Part shown: in pieces, positions 9,131 to 17,662 of the stretch | Position numbering within the stretch: position 1 is the first letter of the stretch | Layout: each line of letters begins with the position of its first letter | Origin: Thermoplasmata archaeon | Lineage (GTDB): Archaea > Thermoplasmatota > Thermoplasmata > Lutacidiplasmatales > UBA184 | Length of the DNA stretch: 64,000 nt | Direction of reading: 5' to 3' | NCBI GenBank assembly: GCA_027315455.1 | Contig: DAHUXZ010000005.1 | Location: 15,409 to 79,408 of the forward strand | Made by a program: the position numbers and the translations under genes | The notes under the pieces: model-generated | Databases searched by the model: none | The model's input: only the letters and a program-made list of their open reading frames with translations | What the model was told of the DNA's origin: nothing

Positions 9131-9237
9131 CCCACGCTCGAACTAGTTCTTGGGCAATGCCCCGCCCCGAAAAGACGGTAAATAGAAGCGCCCCTAGGTC
9201 GGGTCGGTCCGCCGCCGGTGCGGCCGGGCCTGACGGA

Positions 9238-10395
9238 ATGCCCAGCAAGCGGGATTACTACGAGGTCCTCGGCCTCGGCCGGGGGGCCAGCGCCGACGAG
9301 ATCAAGTCGGCCTACCGCCGGTTGGCCCGTCAGCACCACCCCGATGTGAACAAGGACAACCCGAAGGCCGCCGAGGAACGGTTCAAGGAGCTCTCCGAGG
9401 CGTACGAGATCCTCGCGGACCCCGAGAAGCGGCGGCGCTACGATGCGATGGGCTTCTCCGGCGTCGCGACCGACTTCGGACCCCAGGGGTTCACCTGGCA
9501 GAACTTCACTCACGCCGGCGACCTCGAGGACCTTCTCGGGGGCTCGAGCTTCTTCCAGCAGCTGTTCGAGCAAGGGTTCGGCGGCGGGCTGTTCGACGTG
9601 GGCCGTCGCCGCTCGTCCTCCCGCGGGAACGACCTCGAGGTCTCGGTCCGGCTCCCGCTCTCGGCGGCCGTCACGGGCGCGGAACGGACGATCGAGGTGC
9701 CCCACGCGACGCGGTGCGACGACTGCCGCGGCACCGGGGCGCGGGACGGGACCGCGCTCGAGATGTGTCCCGAATGCGAGGGACGCGGCCAGATCCGCCG
9801 CGCGCAGAGCCGCGGCTACAGCCAGCTCATCACGATCACCGACTGCCCGATGTGCCACGGGTCCGGCCGGCGCATCAAGGCGCCGTGCCCGACGTGCGAT
9901 GGGACCGGCACACTGCGCCGCGTGAAGAAGCTGGAGGTGACGATCCCCGCCGGCGTCGAGGACGGGACGGTCCTCCGCCTTCCGCGCCAGGGCGTGCCCG
10001 GCGGGCCGGGCGGCCCCCCCGGCGACCTGTTCGTCCAGGTTCTCTTCGAGACGTCCGAGCGCTTCGCGCGCCAGGGGATGGACGCCTATAGCGAGGCGAC
10101 GATCCCGCTCGCCGACGCGCTGTTCGGCGCGGAGGTGCGCGTCCCGACGCTCACCGGCGAGGCGCTCCTTACCGTCCCCGCCGGCACCCAGCCGGAGGCG
10201 CAGTTCCGTCTGCGCGGCGAGGGGTTCCCCCGTTTCCGGGGCCGCGAGCGCGGGGACCTCATCCTGACCGTTCACATCGAGCTCCCGCAGTCGCTCGGCG
10301 CCCACCAGAAAGAGCTCCTCCGGGAGGCGCTCGGCAGCAGCGGGAGCGCCCGGGCGGGGACTCGGCGCTCGGGGCTGTTCGGACGTCGGGGCTGA
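9238..10395 (+). CDS. dnaJ: chaperone DnaJ
   Basis: J domain DYYEVLGL...YRRLARQHHPDVN. Four CxxCxGxG zinc-finger repeats (CDDCRGTG, CPECEGRG, CPMCHGSG, CPTCDGTG). The track ORF starts at 9031, but MPSKRDYYEVLG at 9238 is the family-typical start. TATA-like taaatag lies near 9178. Confidence 0.93.
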   Translation: MPSKRDYYEVLGLGRGASADEIKSAYRRLARQHHPDVNKDNPKAAEERFKELSEAYEILADPEKRRRYDAMGFSGVATDFGPQGFTWQNFTHAGDLEDLLGGSSFFQQLFEQGFGGGLFDVGRRRSSSRGNDLEVSVRLPLSAAVTGAERTIEVPHATRCDDCRGTGARDGTALEMCPECEGRGQIRRAQSRGYSQLITITDCPMCHGSGRRIKAPCPTCDGTGTLRRVKKLEVTIPAGVEDGTVLRLPRQGVPGGPGGPPGDLFVQVLFETSERFARQGMDAYSEATIPLADALFGAEVRVPTLTGEALLTVPAGTQPEAQFRLRGEGFPRFRGRERGDLILTVHIELPQSLGAHQKELLREALGSSGSARAGTRRSGLFGRRG

Positions 10396-10398
10396 GCG

Positions 10399-11037
10399 AT
10401 GGGGGCGGAGGCGCCGACCCCGGAGCACTACTTCACGTCGCGGCCGCGCTCGGTTTCGCGGCGGCGCAGCCTGCGCTTCCTCTTCCGAGGGGAGATCCTG
10501 GTCTTCGAGTCGGACCGCGGGGTCTTCGGGTCCGAGGGCCTGGACCCCGGCACCGCCCTCCTCATCGAATCGATGGTCGTCGGCGAGCGCGACCGGGTCC
10601 TCGACCTCGGCTGCGGGTGGGGAGCGGTCGGGGTCGCGGCGGCGAAGGCGGCGCCGAACGGCTCGGTGGTCCTGACGGACGTGAATCGCCGTGCGGCGCA
10701 GCTGGCGCGGGGGAACCTTCGCCGGAACGGGGTCGCCAACGCCGAGGTGCGCGTCGGTTCGCTCTACGCGCCGGTCGCCCAGGAGACGTTCGACCTCATC
10801 GCGACCAACCCGCCGTACCACGCGGGCCGCCCGCTCGTCCTCGAGCTGCTCACGGGGGCACCGGCGCACCTAGCCGAGGACGGCCGGCTCCTTCTCGTCG
10901 GGAAGGGCAGCCAGGGGATCCGGTTCTACCAGGCCTGGCTCGAGGAGCACTGGGACGGGCCGGTCGAGGTCGTGGGGAGGCGCAGCGGCTACCGGGTCCT
11001 CGAGGCCCGCCGCGCCCCGAAAAGCCGGAAGGCGTAG
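10399..11037 (+). CDS. class I SAM-dependent methyltransferase (RsmC/MTS small-domain type, NPPY motif)
   Basis: 212 aa. VLDLGCGWGAVGV (SAM motif I) and DLIATNPPYHAG (N-methyl/amino-methyltransferase motif IV). Confidence 0.7.
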   Translation: MGAEAPTPEHYFTSRPRSVSRRRSLRFLFRGEILVFESDRGVFGSEGLDPGTALLIESMVVGERDRVLDLGCGWGAVGVAAAKAAPNGSVVLTDVNRRAAQLARGNLRRNGVANAEVRVGSLYAPVAQETFDLIATNPPYHAGRPLVLELLTGAPAHLAEDGRLLLVGKGSQGIRFYQAWLEEHWDGPVEVVGRRSGYRVLEARRAPKSRKA

Positions 11038-11708
11038 AGCCGGCCCAGATGGCGCACGTAGTCGAGGATCTGCCCGGAGCCGAGCTTGCTCTCCCCCGCG
11101 AGCCGCGGGGCGAAGGTGTACGGCACCTCGAGGAACGGCCGCGGGCGGCACCGCACGAGCACCTCGAGGGCGATCTTGTAGCCGATCGGCGCGAGCTCCC
11201 CCCGGGAGAGGATGCGCCGGTCGAGCGCGAAGAAGCCGCTCATCGGGTCCCGGACCGACACGAGAGGACGCGCGAGGAGGCCGCCCCCGGAGGAGACCGC
11301 GCGTCGCCACCCGACGAGCCCGGGAGCCCGGCCCCCGGCGACCCTGCGGCTCGCGAGGACGAACTCGGCCCGCCCTTCCAGGATCGGGGCGACCAGGTTC
11401 GGGATCACCTCCGGCGGATGGCTCCCATCCGCGTCGAGGACCACGATCACCCGCCCGCGCGACTCGCCGAAACCCTCGAGCACCGCCGACGCGAGACCGA
11501 GCCGGCCCGGACGCTCGATGAGGCGGAAGGTCGGCCCGCCCCGCGACGTGATGAACGGACCGGTGCCGTCGGGCGAGCTGTCGTCGACGACCACGACCTC
11601 GCTCGAGAACCGGGCGAGGGCCGCGATGATCCTCGGATGAAGGAGCTCGAGCGCCCCGCGCTCGTTGTAGGTCGGGAGGACGACAGAGACCTCCGGCTCC
11701 CCGGGCAC
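10989..11708 (-). CDS. family 2 glycosyltransferase (dolichyl-phosphate mannose/glucose synthase-like)
   Basis: 239 aa. VSVVLPTYNERGAL...VVVVDDSSPDGT...VLDADGSHPP is typical of Dpm1/AglD-like GT2 enzymes. Its 3' end overlaps the convergent methyltransferase gene by 49 nt. Confidence 0.8.
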   Translation of the reverse strand: MPGEPEVSVVLPTYNERGALELLHPRIIAALARFSSEVVVVDDSSPDGTGPFITSRGGPTFRLIERPGRLGLASAVLEGFGESRGRVIVVLDADGSHPPEVIPNLVAPILEGRAEFVLASRRVAGGRAPGLVGWRRAVSSGGGLLARPLVSVRDPMSGFFALDRRILSRGELAPIGYKIALEVLVRCRPRPFLEVPYTFAPRLAGESKLGSGQILDYVRHLGRLYAFRLFGARRASRTR

Positions 11709-11790
11709 GCTCGACCGACGCCGCGTGGGCTAAAGGCCCTGCCTCCCCGGACCGCCGGCCGGCGGGCTCGCGGCCCGGCGCACCGAAGCG

Positions 11791-11798
11791 CTTAAAAG
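11791..11798 (+). promoter_or_regulatory. TATA-box-like element upstream of the uS13 operon
   Basis: cttaaaag sits in an otherwise G+C-rich intergenic region upstream of the ribosomal protein genes. Confidence 0.35.
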
Positions 11799-11880
11799 GA
11801 GAGGCCAGTTCGGCGGCGCTACCCGCGGCGTCGCGGGCCTCGACCGGACCTCCGGTCGCGGGCCGTCCGCCGCACCATCG

Positions 11881-12624
11881 AAGGAGAGTGGGACCGCGCC
11901 CAAGAACCCGAAGGAGCCCGAAGCCGCCCCGGCCGCGCCAGCGGCGGAGGCTCCGGCGGCGTCCGACAAGCCCTCCAAGAAGGAGAAGTCCGGCAAGCCG
12001 AAGGAGGGCAAGGGGAAGGGCGGGAAGGCCGCCGCGCCCGGCGCCCCCACGAAGGGCGGCAAGCCGATCCCCGACAACCCCAATTTCCGCTACATCGTCC
12101 GGCTCGCGGGAAGCGACCTGGACGGCCGTCGGCCCTCGGCGCTGGCCCTCACCGGCGTCCGCGGGGTCGGGCTGCGGGTCGCCGAGGTCGCGTGCCGGAT
12201 CGCCGCCGTCGACCCCCGGGAGATGATCGGCAATCTTCCCGAGCCGGCCGTCGACGGGCTGGAGACCGTCATCACGACACTGCCGCAGAAGCTCCCGCCC
12301 TGGATGCTCAACCATCCGCTCGACGTGATCACGGGAGAGATCCGGCACATGGTCGGCGCGGACCTCGAGACCGGTCGGCGCGACGATGTCAACCAGATGA
12401 AGATGATCCGGTCCTACCGCGGCGTCCGCCACGAGCGCGGGCAGAAAGTGCGCGGTCAGCGGACCCGGTCGAACGGGCGCACGGGCATGGCCGCCGGCGT
12501 CCTCAAGAAAGCCGCCAAGGAAGCGGCGGCCGCGAAGGGCAAGGAAGGCGGAGCCGCCTCCGCTCCGGCCGCCGCGGCGCCGGCCACGCCGGCCACACCG
12601 GCTGCGCCGGCTCCGAAGAAGTAG
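11881..12624 (+). CDS. rps13: 30S ribosomal protein uS13 with Lys/Ala/Pro-rich N- and C-terminal extensions (start codon unresolved)
   Basis: Frame 1 gives ...NPNFRYIVRLAGSDLDGRRPSALALTGVRGVGLRVAEVACRIAAVDPREMIGNLPE...SYRGVRHERGQKVRGQRTRSNGRTG, which is canonical uS13. The track shows only the part from Met 12223. The Lys-rich frame-1 reading (KESGTAPKNPKEPE...KKEKSGKPKEGKGKGGK) starts about 11881, but there is no in-frame ATG/GTG/TTG between the stop at 11731 and 12223. Confidence 0.85.
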   Translation, partial: KESGTAPKNPKEPEAAPAAPAAEAPAASDKPSKKEKSGKPKEGKGKGGKAAAPGAPTKGGKPIPDNPNFRYIVRLAGSDLDGRRPSALALTGVRGVGLRVAEVACRIAAVDPREMIGNLPEPAVDGLETVITTLPQKLPPWMLNHPLDVITGEIRHMVGADLETGRRDDVNQMKMIRSYRGVRHERGQKVRGQRTRSNGRTGMAAGVLKKAAKEAAAAKGKEGGAASAPAAAAPATPATPAAPAPKK

Positions 12625-12631
12625 GTGCTCC

Positions 12632-13222
12632 ATGGGCGACCCGAAGTTCCTGCGCCGCATGTACGACACGCCGAAACACCCGTGGGAGGCCGCGCGGATG
12701 GACGAGGAGCGCAAGCTCCTCCAGCACTACGGCCTCAAGAACAAGCGCGAGCTGTGGAAGGCCCAGTCGACGCTCCGCGGCTTCCGCCGCCAGGCCCGCG
12801 ACCTCCAGGCCGATTTGCGCGCCGGTGTCCCCCAGGCCCGCCGGGAGACCGACGGCCTGCTCGGGCGCCTGACCCGTCTCGGGCTCCTCCCGATCGGGAA
12901 CCCGACCCTGGACGACGTGCTGGCCCTGCGCGTGGAGCAGGTCCTCGAGCGCCGGTTCGAGTGGGTCGCGTTCACGAAGGGCCTGGCCCCGACGGCGAAC
13001 GGCGCGCGCCAGCTCATCGTGCACGGCCACTTCGCGATCGGGGACCACCGCGTGACGCGCCCCGGCTACCTCATCCCGTCGGCCGAAGAGATGCAGATCG
13101 CCTACTCCCCGACGAGCCCGCTCCTCTCCGACGATCACCCCATCCGGGCCGCGCTGCGCGCGCGCCTCGAGGCGCGGCCGGTCGAGGCGCCGCCCGTGGC
13201 GCCCGCCGAGGGAGGCCGGTAG
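12632..13222 (+). CDS. rps4: 30S ribosomal protein uS4
   Basis: 196 aa. [44 protein letters not shown] is the archaeal S4 N-terminus, followed by an S4 RNA-binding domain. Confidence 0.95.
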   Translation: MGDPKFLRRMYDTPKHPWEAARMDEERKLLQHYGLKNKRELWKAQSTLRGFRRQARDLQADLRAGVPQARRETDGLLGRLTRLGLLPIGNPTLDDVLALRVEQVLERRFEWVAFTKGLAPTANGARQLIVHGHFAIGDHRVTRPGYLIPSAEEMQIAYSPTSPLLSDDHPIRAALRARLEARPVEAPPVAPAEGGR

Positions 13223-13224
13223 CC

Positions 13225-13608
13225 ATGGCGAAGATCGGCATCGCGCACATCTTCGCGAGCTACAACAACATTCACATCACCGTGACCGACCTGACCGGGG
13301 CGGAGACCCTGACGAAGGCGACCGGTGGCATGGTCGTCAAGGCCGCCCGTGACGAGTCGAGCCCGTACGCGGCCATGAAGGCGGCCGACCAGGTCGCCGC
13401 CGTGATCAAGGAGAAGGGCTACGACACCCTCCACGTCCGCGTCCGCGCGCCCGGCGGCAACCGGGCCCGCTCCCCCGGTCCCGGCGCCCAGGCCGCGATC
13501 CGCGCCCTCTCCCGGGCCGGGATCAAGATCAGCCGGATCGAGGACGTGACCCCGATCCCCCACGACGGCACGAAGGCGAAGGGAGGCCGGCGCGGCCGGC
13601 GGGTGTAG
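13225..13608 (+). CDS. rps11: 30S ribosomal protein uS11
   Basis: 127 aa. [25 protein letters not shown]...[18 protein letters not shown]...[14 protein letters not shown] at 13225 lies inside track ORF 12625..13608. Confidence 0.95.
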   Translation: MAKIGIAHIFASYNNIHITVTDLTGAETLTKATGGMVVKAARDESSPYAAMKAADQVAAVIKEKGYDTLHVRVRAPGGNRARSPGPGAQAAIRALSRAGIKISRIEDVTPIPHDGTKAKGGRRGRRV

Positions 13609-13609
13609 C

Positions 13610-14455
13610 GTGCAGGTCTCCGTCCTCGACCTCAAGCCCCGCGCCGTACGCCTGGAGCTCGCGGGCACCTCGGCGACGCAGGTCAACGCGATCCGGCGGA
13701 CCCTGCTCTCCGACATCCCGCGCCTCGCGATCGACGAGGTCGAGTTCCACCTGGGACCGATCCGCGACGAGGCGACGGGGAAGGACTACGACTCCTCGAC
13801 GAGCATGTTCGACGAGGCCGTCGCGCTGCGGATGGGCCTCCTCCCCATCCCGACGGACCTCGGCCAGTTCCGCCGCAAGGCGGAGTGCACCTGCAACGGG
13901 GCGGGATGCCCGAACTGCCAGGTGATGTACTCCGTCGACAAGAAGGGACCCTGCACGGTCTACTCGCGCGACCTCGTCCCCCTCGGGGACCCGTCGCTCG
14001 CGATCGTCGAGCCGGAGATCCCCATCGTCCGGCTCGGGGCCCGCCAGGCCCTCCTCGCCTACGCGACGGCGATCGTCGGCACCGCCCGTGAGCACGCCAA
14101 GTACCAGGTCGCGCTCGCCGTCGGCGCCTCGCCCCGCCCGCACATCAAGATCCACAAGACCTCCGGCTGCTCCGACGCCTGCCTCAAGCGCGTCGCGGGG
14201 ACCTGCCCGGTCAACATCCTCGAGTTCGGCAGCGGCAAGCTCTCGGTCACCGACGAGACGGCGTGCATCCTCTGCGGGGCCTGCGAGAAGGCCTGCGAGC
14301 ACGGCTCGGTGAAGGTCGAGGAGGACGCGACGGACTTCTTCCTGCGCTACGAGACCGACGGCTCGCTCACCGGCCGCGAGGCGTTCCGCTTTGCGCTCAA
14401 GGACCTCAAGCGCCGCTTCGAGGAGCTGCGCGAGGCGGTCCAGGCGATCCCGTAG
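13610..14455 (+). CDS. rpoD: DNA-directed RNA polymerase subunit D (Rpo3) with ferredoxin-like Fe-S domain
   Basis: 281 aa, in the conserved uS13-uS4-uS11-RpoD gene order. ANAIRR-type motif VNAIRRTLLSDIP. Cys cluster CILCGACEKACEHG. Confidence 0.9.
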   Translation: MQVSVLDLKPRAVRLELAGTSATQVNAIRRTLLSDIPRLAIDEVEFHLGPIRDEATGKDYDSSTSMFDEAVALRMGLLPIPTDLGQFRRKAECTCNGAGCPNCQVMYSVDKKGPCTVYSRDLVPLGDPSLAIVEPEIPIVRLGARQALLAYATAIVGTAREHAKYQVALAVGASPRPHIKIHKTSGCSDACLKRVAGTCPVNILEFGSGKLSVTDETACILCGACEKACEHGSVKVEEDATDFFLRYETDGSLTGREAFRFALKDLKRRFEELREAVQAIP

Positions 14456-14462
14456 CGGCCGA

Positions 14463-15557
14463 CTACCGCGCGCGCGGGGTCGGGCTCGTCCAGTCGAACC
14501 GCAGGATCGCTCCGATCCGGCCCAGTCCCGCGAGGCGCCGGCCCGCCGCTCCGTCCTCGCGGACGACGAAGAGCCGGGCGCGGGCCTCCCGGGCCTTCTC
14601 GAGAAGGGGGGCGACCTCGGGGTCGCGCAGGAGCTCCTCGCTCACGAGGAGGGTCTCGGCGGCGCCCGCCTCGATCGCCTCGCGGCACTCGCGCGGGCCG
14701 ACGGCGGCGCGCTTCCCGCCGGCGAGCGAGGCGATGAGGCGCTCGACCAGGTCGGCCTCCTCGGCGGCGGCCGTCCCCGCGAGGACCTCGCTCGCGCGGC
14801 CGCTGCGGAGCAGCTCGTCGACGCCGACCCGGCCCGACTCCGCCGTCGCCAGGACCCGGAGCTTCTTGCGCGCCCCCGGGTGCCGCTCGAGAAGGTCGTG
14901 GGCGAGCTCCTCCTTGAGGAAGCCGGGGCCGGCGAGGACGAGCGTCGAGGCGCCCTCGACCTCACCGTCCAGCAGCTCGAGCACCTCCTCGACGTAGGCG
15001 CGTCGGTCCCGGTGGGCGCCGGCGAGCGCGTAGCGCTTCCCCGGCAACGTCCGGTTGATGTCCGCGACGGGATCCACGGCGCGGCCGCGCAGCCGCACGA
15101 TCGACGATTCCCCCCAGTCGACGCACGCGATGACCACGCGCGGCTCCCCTTTCGCCGCGAGCCCCTCCTCGAGGAGCGCGCGGTCCGCCGGGGTGAGGCG
15201 TTCCTTGAGGAGGGTGAGCTCGTCCTCGGGCCCGATGTCGAGGGTGTGGTGGCGGCCGAGGTCGAACGGCCCCTCGACGATGGGGCCCGCGACGCGGACA
15301 TGGTGGGAGAAGCCGTGGAACTCGACGCGTTCGGCCCGGACGACGAGCCAGATGCGCCGGCGCTCCTTGTGCGCGGCGGCGGTCTCCGCGGGGGCCTCCG
15401 GGTCCCGACGGGTCGTCGAGGCGCCGACCCGCTCCCCGGGGACGATGAGGCGCGCGATCCTCCAGAGGTCGCTCGGGGTCTCGAGACGGAGCTTGAGGAG
15501 GCCGACCGCCGGATCCTGGTGGATGAGCCGCACGAGGTCGCTCCGGCCGAGCGCCAT
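14463..15557 (-). CDS. pelA: Pelota (Dom34) mRNA surveillance / ribosome rescue factor
   Basis: The N-terminal LLKLRLETPSDLWRIARLIVPGERV and the eRF1-like middle and C-terminal domains match archaeal Pelota. The Met at 15557 is preferred over the track start at 15608. Confidence 0.85.
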   Translation of the reverse strand: MALGRSDLVRLIHQDPAVGLLKLRLETPSDLWRIARLIVPGERVGASTTRRDPEAPAETAAAHKERRRIWLVVRAERVEFHGFSHHVRVAGPIVEGPFDLGRHHTLDIGPEDELTLLKERLTPADRALLEEGLAAKGEPRVVIACVDWGESSIVRLRGRAVDPVADINRTLPGKRYALAGAHRDRRAYVEEVLELLDGEVEGASTLVLAGPGFLKEELAHDLLERHPGARKKLRVLATAESGRVGVDELLRSGRASEVLAGTAAAEEADLVERLIASLAGGKRAAVGPRECREAIEAGAAETLLVSEELLRDPEVAPLLEKAREARARLFVVREDGAAGRRLAGLGRIGAILRFDWTSPTPRAR

Positions 15558-15685
15558 CCGCCCCCCGGTACATAGGCGCTTGGCCGCCGGCCGGCCGCGC
15601 CCGGGCACCGTTCGGGGGCCGCGGCCGCCGTCGGAAGGTATTAGGTAGCTCCCTCCCGTCGAGCCGGGGGGATGAGCGCCTGAGC

Positions 15686-17035
15686 TTGTTCCGAGAACTC
15701 CTGTCCCGGGGGCAGTTCCGGACGTTCCTCATCGCGGGGGCCGCCTCCTTCGCGGCTCCGACCGCCTCGCTCGTCGTGCTCCTCTGGACGATCGCCACGG
15801 CGTACCCCGACACCGCCGCGGGGCACACCGCCGCGGCGTACGCGCTCGCCTTCCTGGGGCTCGCGTCGACAATCCCGACGCTGGCGGCCGCCGTCTTCTC
15901 CGGAACGCTCGCCGACCGGTCCGATCGGCGCCACCTCATGCAGGCCGTGAACCTCCTCGCGCTCGCCGCGACGGCGGCGATCGCGGTCGTCCTCGCGTTC
16001 CGTCCGGCCGGCGCCGCCACGGGGGGATTCGGGTTCTACGCCCCGGTCTGGGTGATCGTGACCTACCCGCTCTGGGCGATCGAGACGACGGCCGTGACGA
16101 TCTTTCGGCCGACGTTCAACGCCTCCCTCCCGCGGCTGGTCGGGCGGGCCGAGCTGGGCACCGCGAACGGCCTGGTCTACGCGAGCGCGGTCGGATTGCT
16201 GATCGCCGGCAGTCTCGCGACCAGCGCCGCCCTGGGCTGGGTCGGCCCCGGCCCCGCGCTCCTCCTTCCCATCGCCCTCTTCGCCGTGACGGCCGTCGCG
16301 CTGGGCGGGCTCCGGGCCGACCTCGCGCCCCGTCGGGACCGGCCGTCGCGTCGGTTCCTCTCGGAGGCCGCCGACGGCTACCGCTACCTGCTCCAACGCC
16401 GCGAACTGCTCGAGATCACGTTGAGCGCGCTCGTCGTGAACTTCTTCTCGGCCGTGGCGTTCGTCGAACTCGCCCTCTACGTCCAGGTCGGCCTCGCCCT
16501 GACGGACGCGGTGTTCGTCGGGGCGATGCTCTCGGCCGGCAGCCTGGGGTCGGCCGTCGGGACCCTCGTGATCAACCGCTGGAGGTTCGAGGCCCGCGCG
16601 GGCCGCTTCCTGGCAGTGTTCACGGTCCTCCAGGGAGCGAGCGTCCTCGGGCTCGGGCTCGTCCACACGCCCTGGCTGGCCCTTCCGATCATGTTCCTCT
16701 TCGGGGTCTTCCCCGGGATGTTCACCACGGTCTTCCTTGCGACGATCCAGGCGACGGTGCCCGACGACCGCCTCGGCCGCGTCCTCGCGGCGGACGAGGT
16801 GGGCAGCTACGGGCTCGTCCCGATCGGCCAGTACGCGGGAGGGATCCTCACCGCGGCGACCTCGGTCGACGTGACCTACCTTGCCGCCGGCGCGGGGACC
16901 GTCGCGATCGGGGGCCTCATGGCGGCGCTCCCGCACCTGCGCCGCCTCGGTTTCGCTCCCACCGTGGAGGAACCCTCGGCCGCGGCGGCGGGCGAGCCCG
17001 AATCGCCGTCGGCCGCGACCGAACCTTCGCCGTGA
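15686..17035 (+). CDS. MFS transporter
   Basis: 449 aa, about 12 TM helices. Motif GTLADRSDRRHLM is typical of MFS loop 2-3 (enterobactin-exporter-like subfamily). Confidence 0.75.
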   Translation: MFRELLSRGQFRTFLIAGAASFAAPTASLVVLLWTIATAYPDTAAGHTAAAYALAFLGLASTIPTLAAAVFSGTLADRSDRRHLMQAVNLLALAATAAIAVVLAFRPAGAATGGFGFYAPVWVIVTYPLWAIETTAVTIFRPTFNASLPRLVGRAELGTANGLVYASAVGLLIAGSLATSAALGWVGPGPALLLPIALFAVTAVALGGLRADLAPRRDRPSRRFLSEAADGYRYLLQRRELLEITLSALVVNFFSAVAFVELALYVQVGLALTDAVFVGAMLSAGSLGSAVGTLVINRWRFEARAGRFLAVFTVLQGASVLGLGLVHTPWLALPIMFLFGVFPGMFTTVFLATIQATVPDDRLGRVLAADEVGSYGLVPIGQYAGGILTAATSVDVTYLAAGAGTVAIGGLMAALPHLRRLGFAPTVEEPSAAAAGEPESPSAATEPSP

Positions 17036-17662
17036 AGCCTCCGGCCCGGGGCCTTCCCGCGGAGCACCCTCACCGAGGTGAAGCGACATAGGATCGCCCG
17101 GAAGCGCCCCGGCTACGTCGCGACGGTGCCGCCGATTGTTCCCCGAGACACTCCCGAAGGGGACCCTGGCGGCCCGGGACTGCGATCCCCGCGTCGTTGC
17201 CGACCCCGCCTCGCCGGGGACCGAGGAGGCCCTGCGGGGACCCGCGGCGTACGCGATGGACGTCGTTGGCCTGTTCGCCCGCCGGGGGTTCCGCGTCCGT
17301 GGAACGGGCCGCGTGTTCGACCCCGGTCCCCATCTCGCCTCGCGATAGCCCGCCTTCGCGCGCTTCGGGCTCCCCAGGTCAGGTCGCGGAGCCGCACAGC
17401 ACTCCTCCCGCGCGTCGACCGTGCGCGAGTGCTCCGTTCCCCCGCGTACGATACGGGATCACGGAGGAAGACCGTCGCCGGCACCGTCGGGTCCACTACT
17501 CCGACCGCATTCCAACGCCTCCCGTGGCCCTGGACCTCGGGTAGCGGCCCGCGAACCGCCGATCCGGAGCCGTTTGGGCGAAGAACCGTTCACGCGTACG
17601 GGTCGAGTGAGACGGCACGAAAACTGCTTAAGGGGGCCGAGGGGCTCGAACCATCGCCGGGA

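Larger units (their letters stand above)
5480..9190. other. low-G+C genomic island (probable horizontally acquired segment)
   Basis: Spot counts of 60-nt lines give about 52-60% G+C inside (lines 6601 and 7201) versus about 77% outside (line 10201). Third codon positions are mixed rather than G/C-dominated, and the encoded proteins are Ser/Thr/Asn-rich instead of Ala/Arg/Gly-rich. Confidence 0.65.

Noticed and set aside
11730-12083. 117-aa reverse-strand ORF and the + strand frame-2 ORF 11888..12226
   Set aside because: Both overlap the Lys-rich N-terminal extension and the conserved N-terminus of uS13. Their translations are low-complexity (Gly/Ala/Pro or Arg-rich), so they are artefacts. 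GTG 11888 is still discussed as a possible frameshifted start.
17136-17348. 70-aa ORF (MFPETLPKGTLAARDCDPRVVADPASPGTEEALRG...) inside the long gap
   Set aside because: Its composition is somewhat protein-like, but there is no RBS or TATA context, no recognisable motif, and it overlaps equally long alternative frames. The evidence is insufficient to call a gene.
17370-17440. Possible SRP RNA or RNase P RNA. ccaggtcaggtc resembles the bacterial 4.5S helix-8 strand, ggaacggagcac on the reverse strand resembles GGAAGGGAGCA, and ggaggaagaccg vaguely resembles RNase P CR-I.
   Set aside because: None of the matches extends to the full conserved motifs (no GGAA-closed helix 8 with an AGCA symmetric loop, no GAGGAAAGUCC). 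I could not fold a consistent SRP or RNase P secondary structure by eye. The region is kept only as an unexplained gap in the findings.
17625-17662. tRNA-like T-arm string (ggggctcgaacc) suggesting a tRNA on the reverse strand
   Set aside because: The flanks do not form a 5-bp T stem, acceptor stem or anticodon arm. The same applies to gcgggtcaaaccgcccg at 5553-5569. I could support no tRNA in the window.
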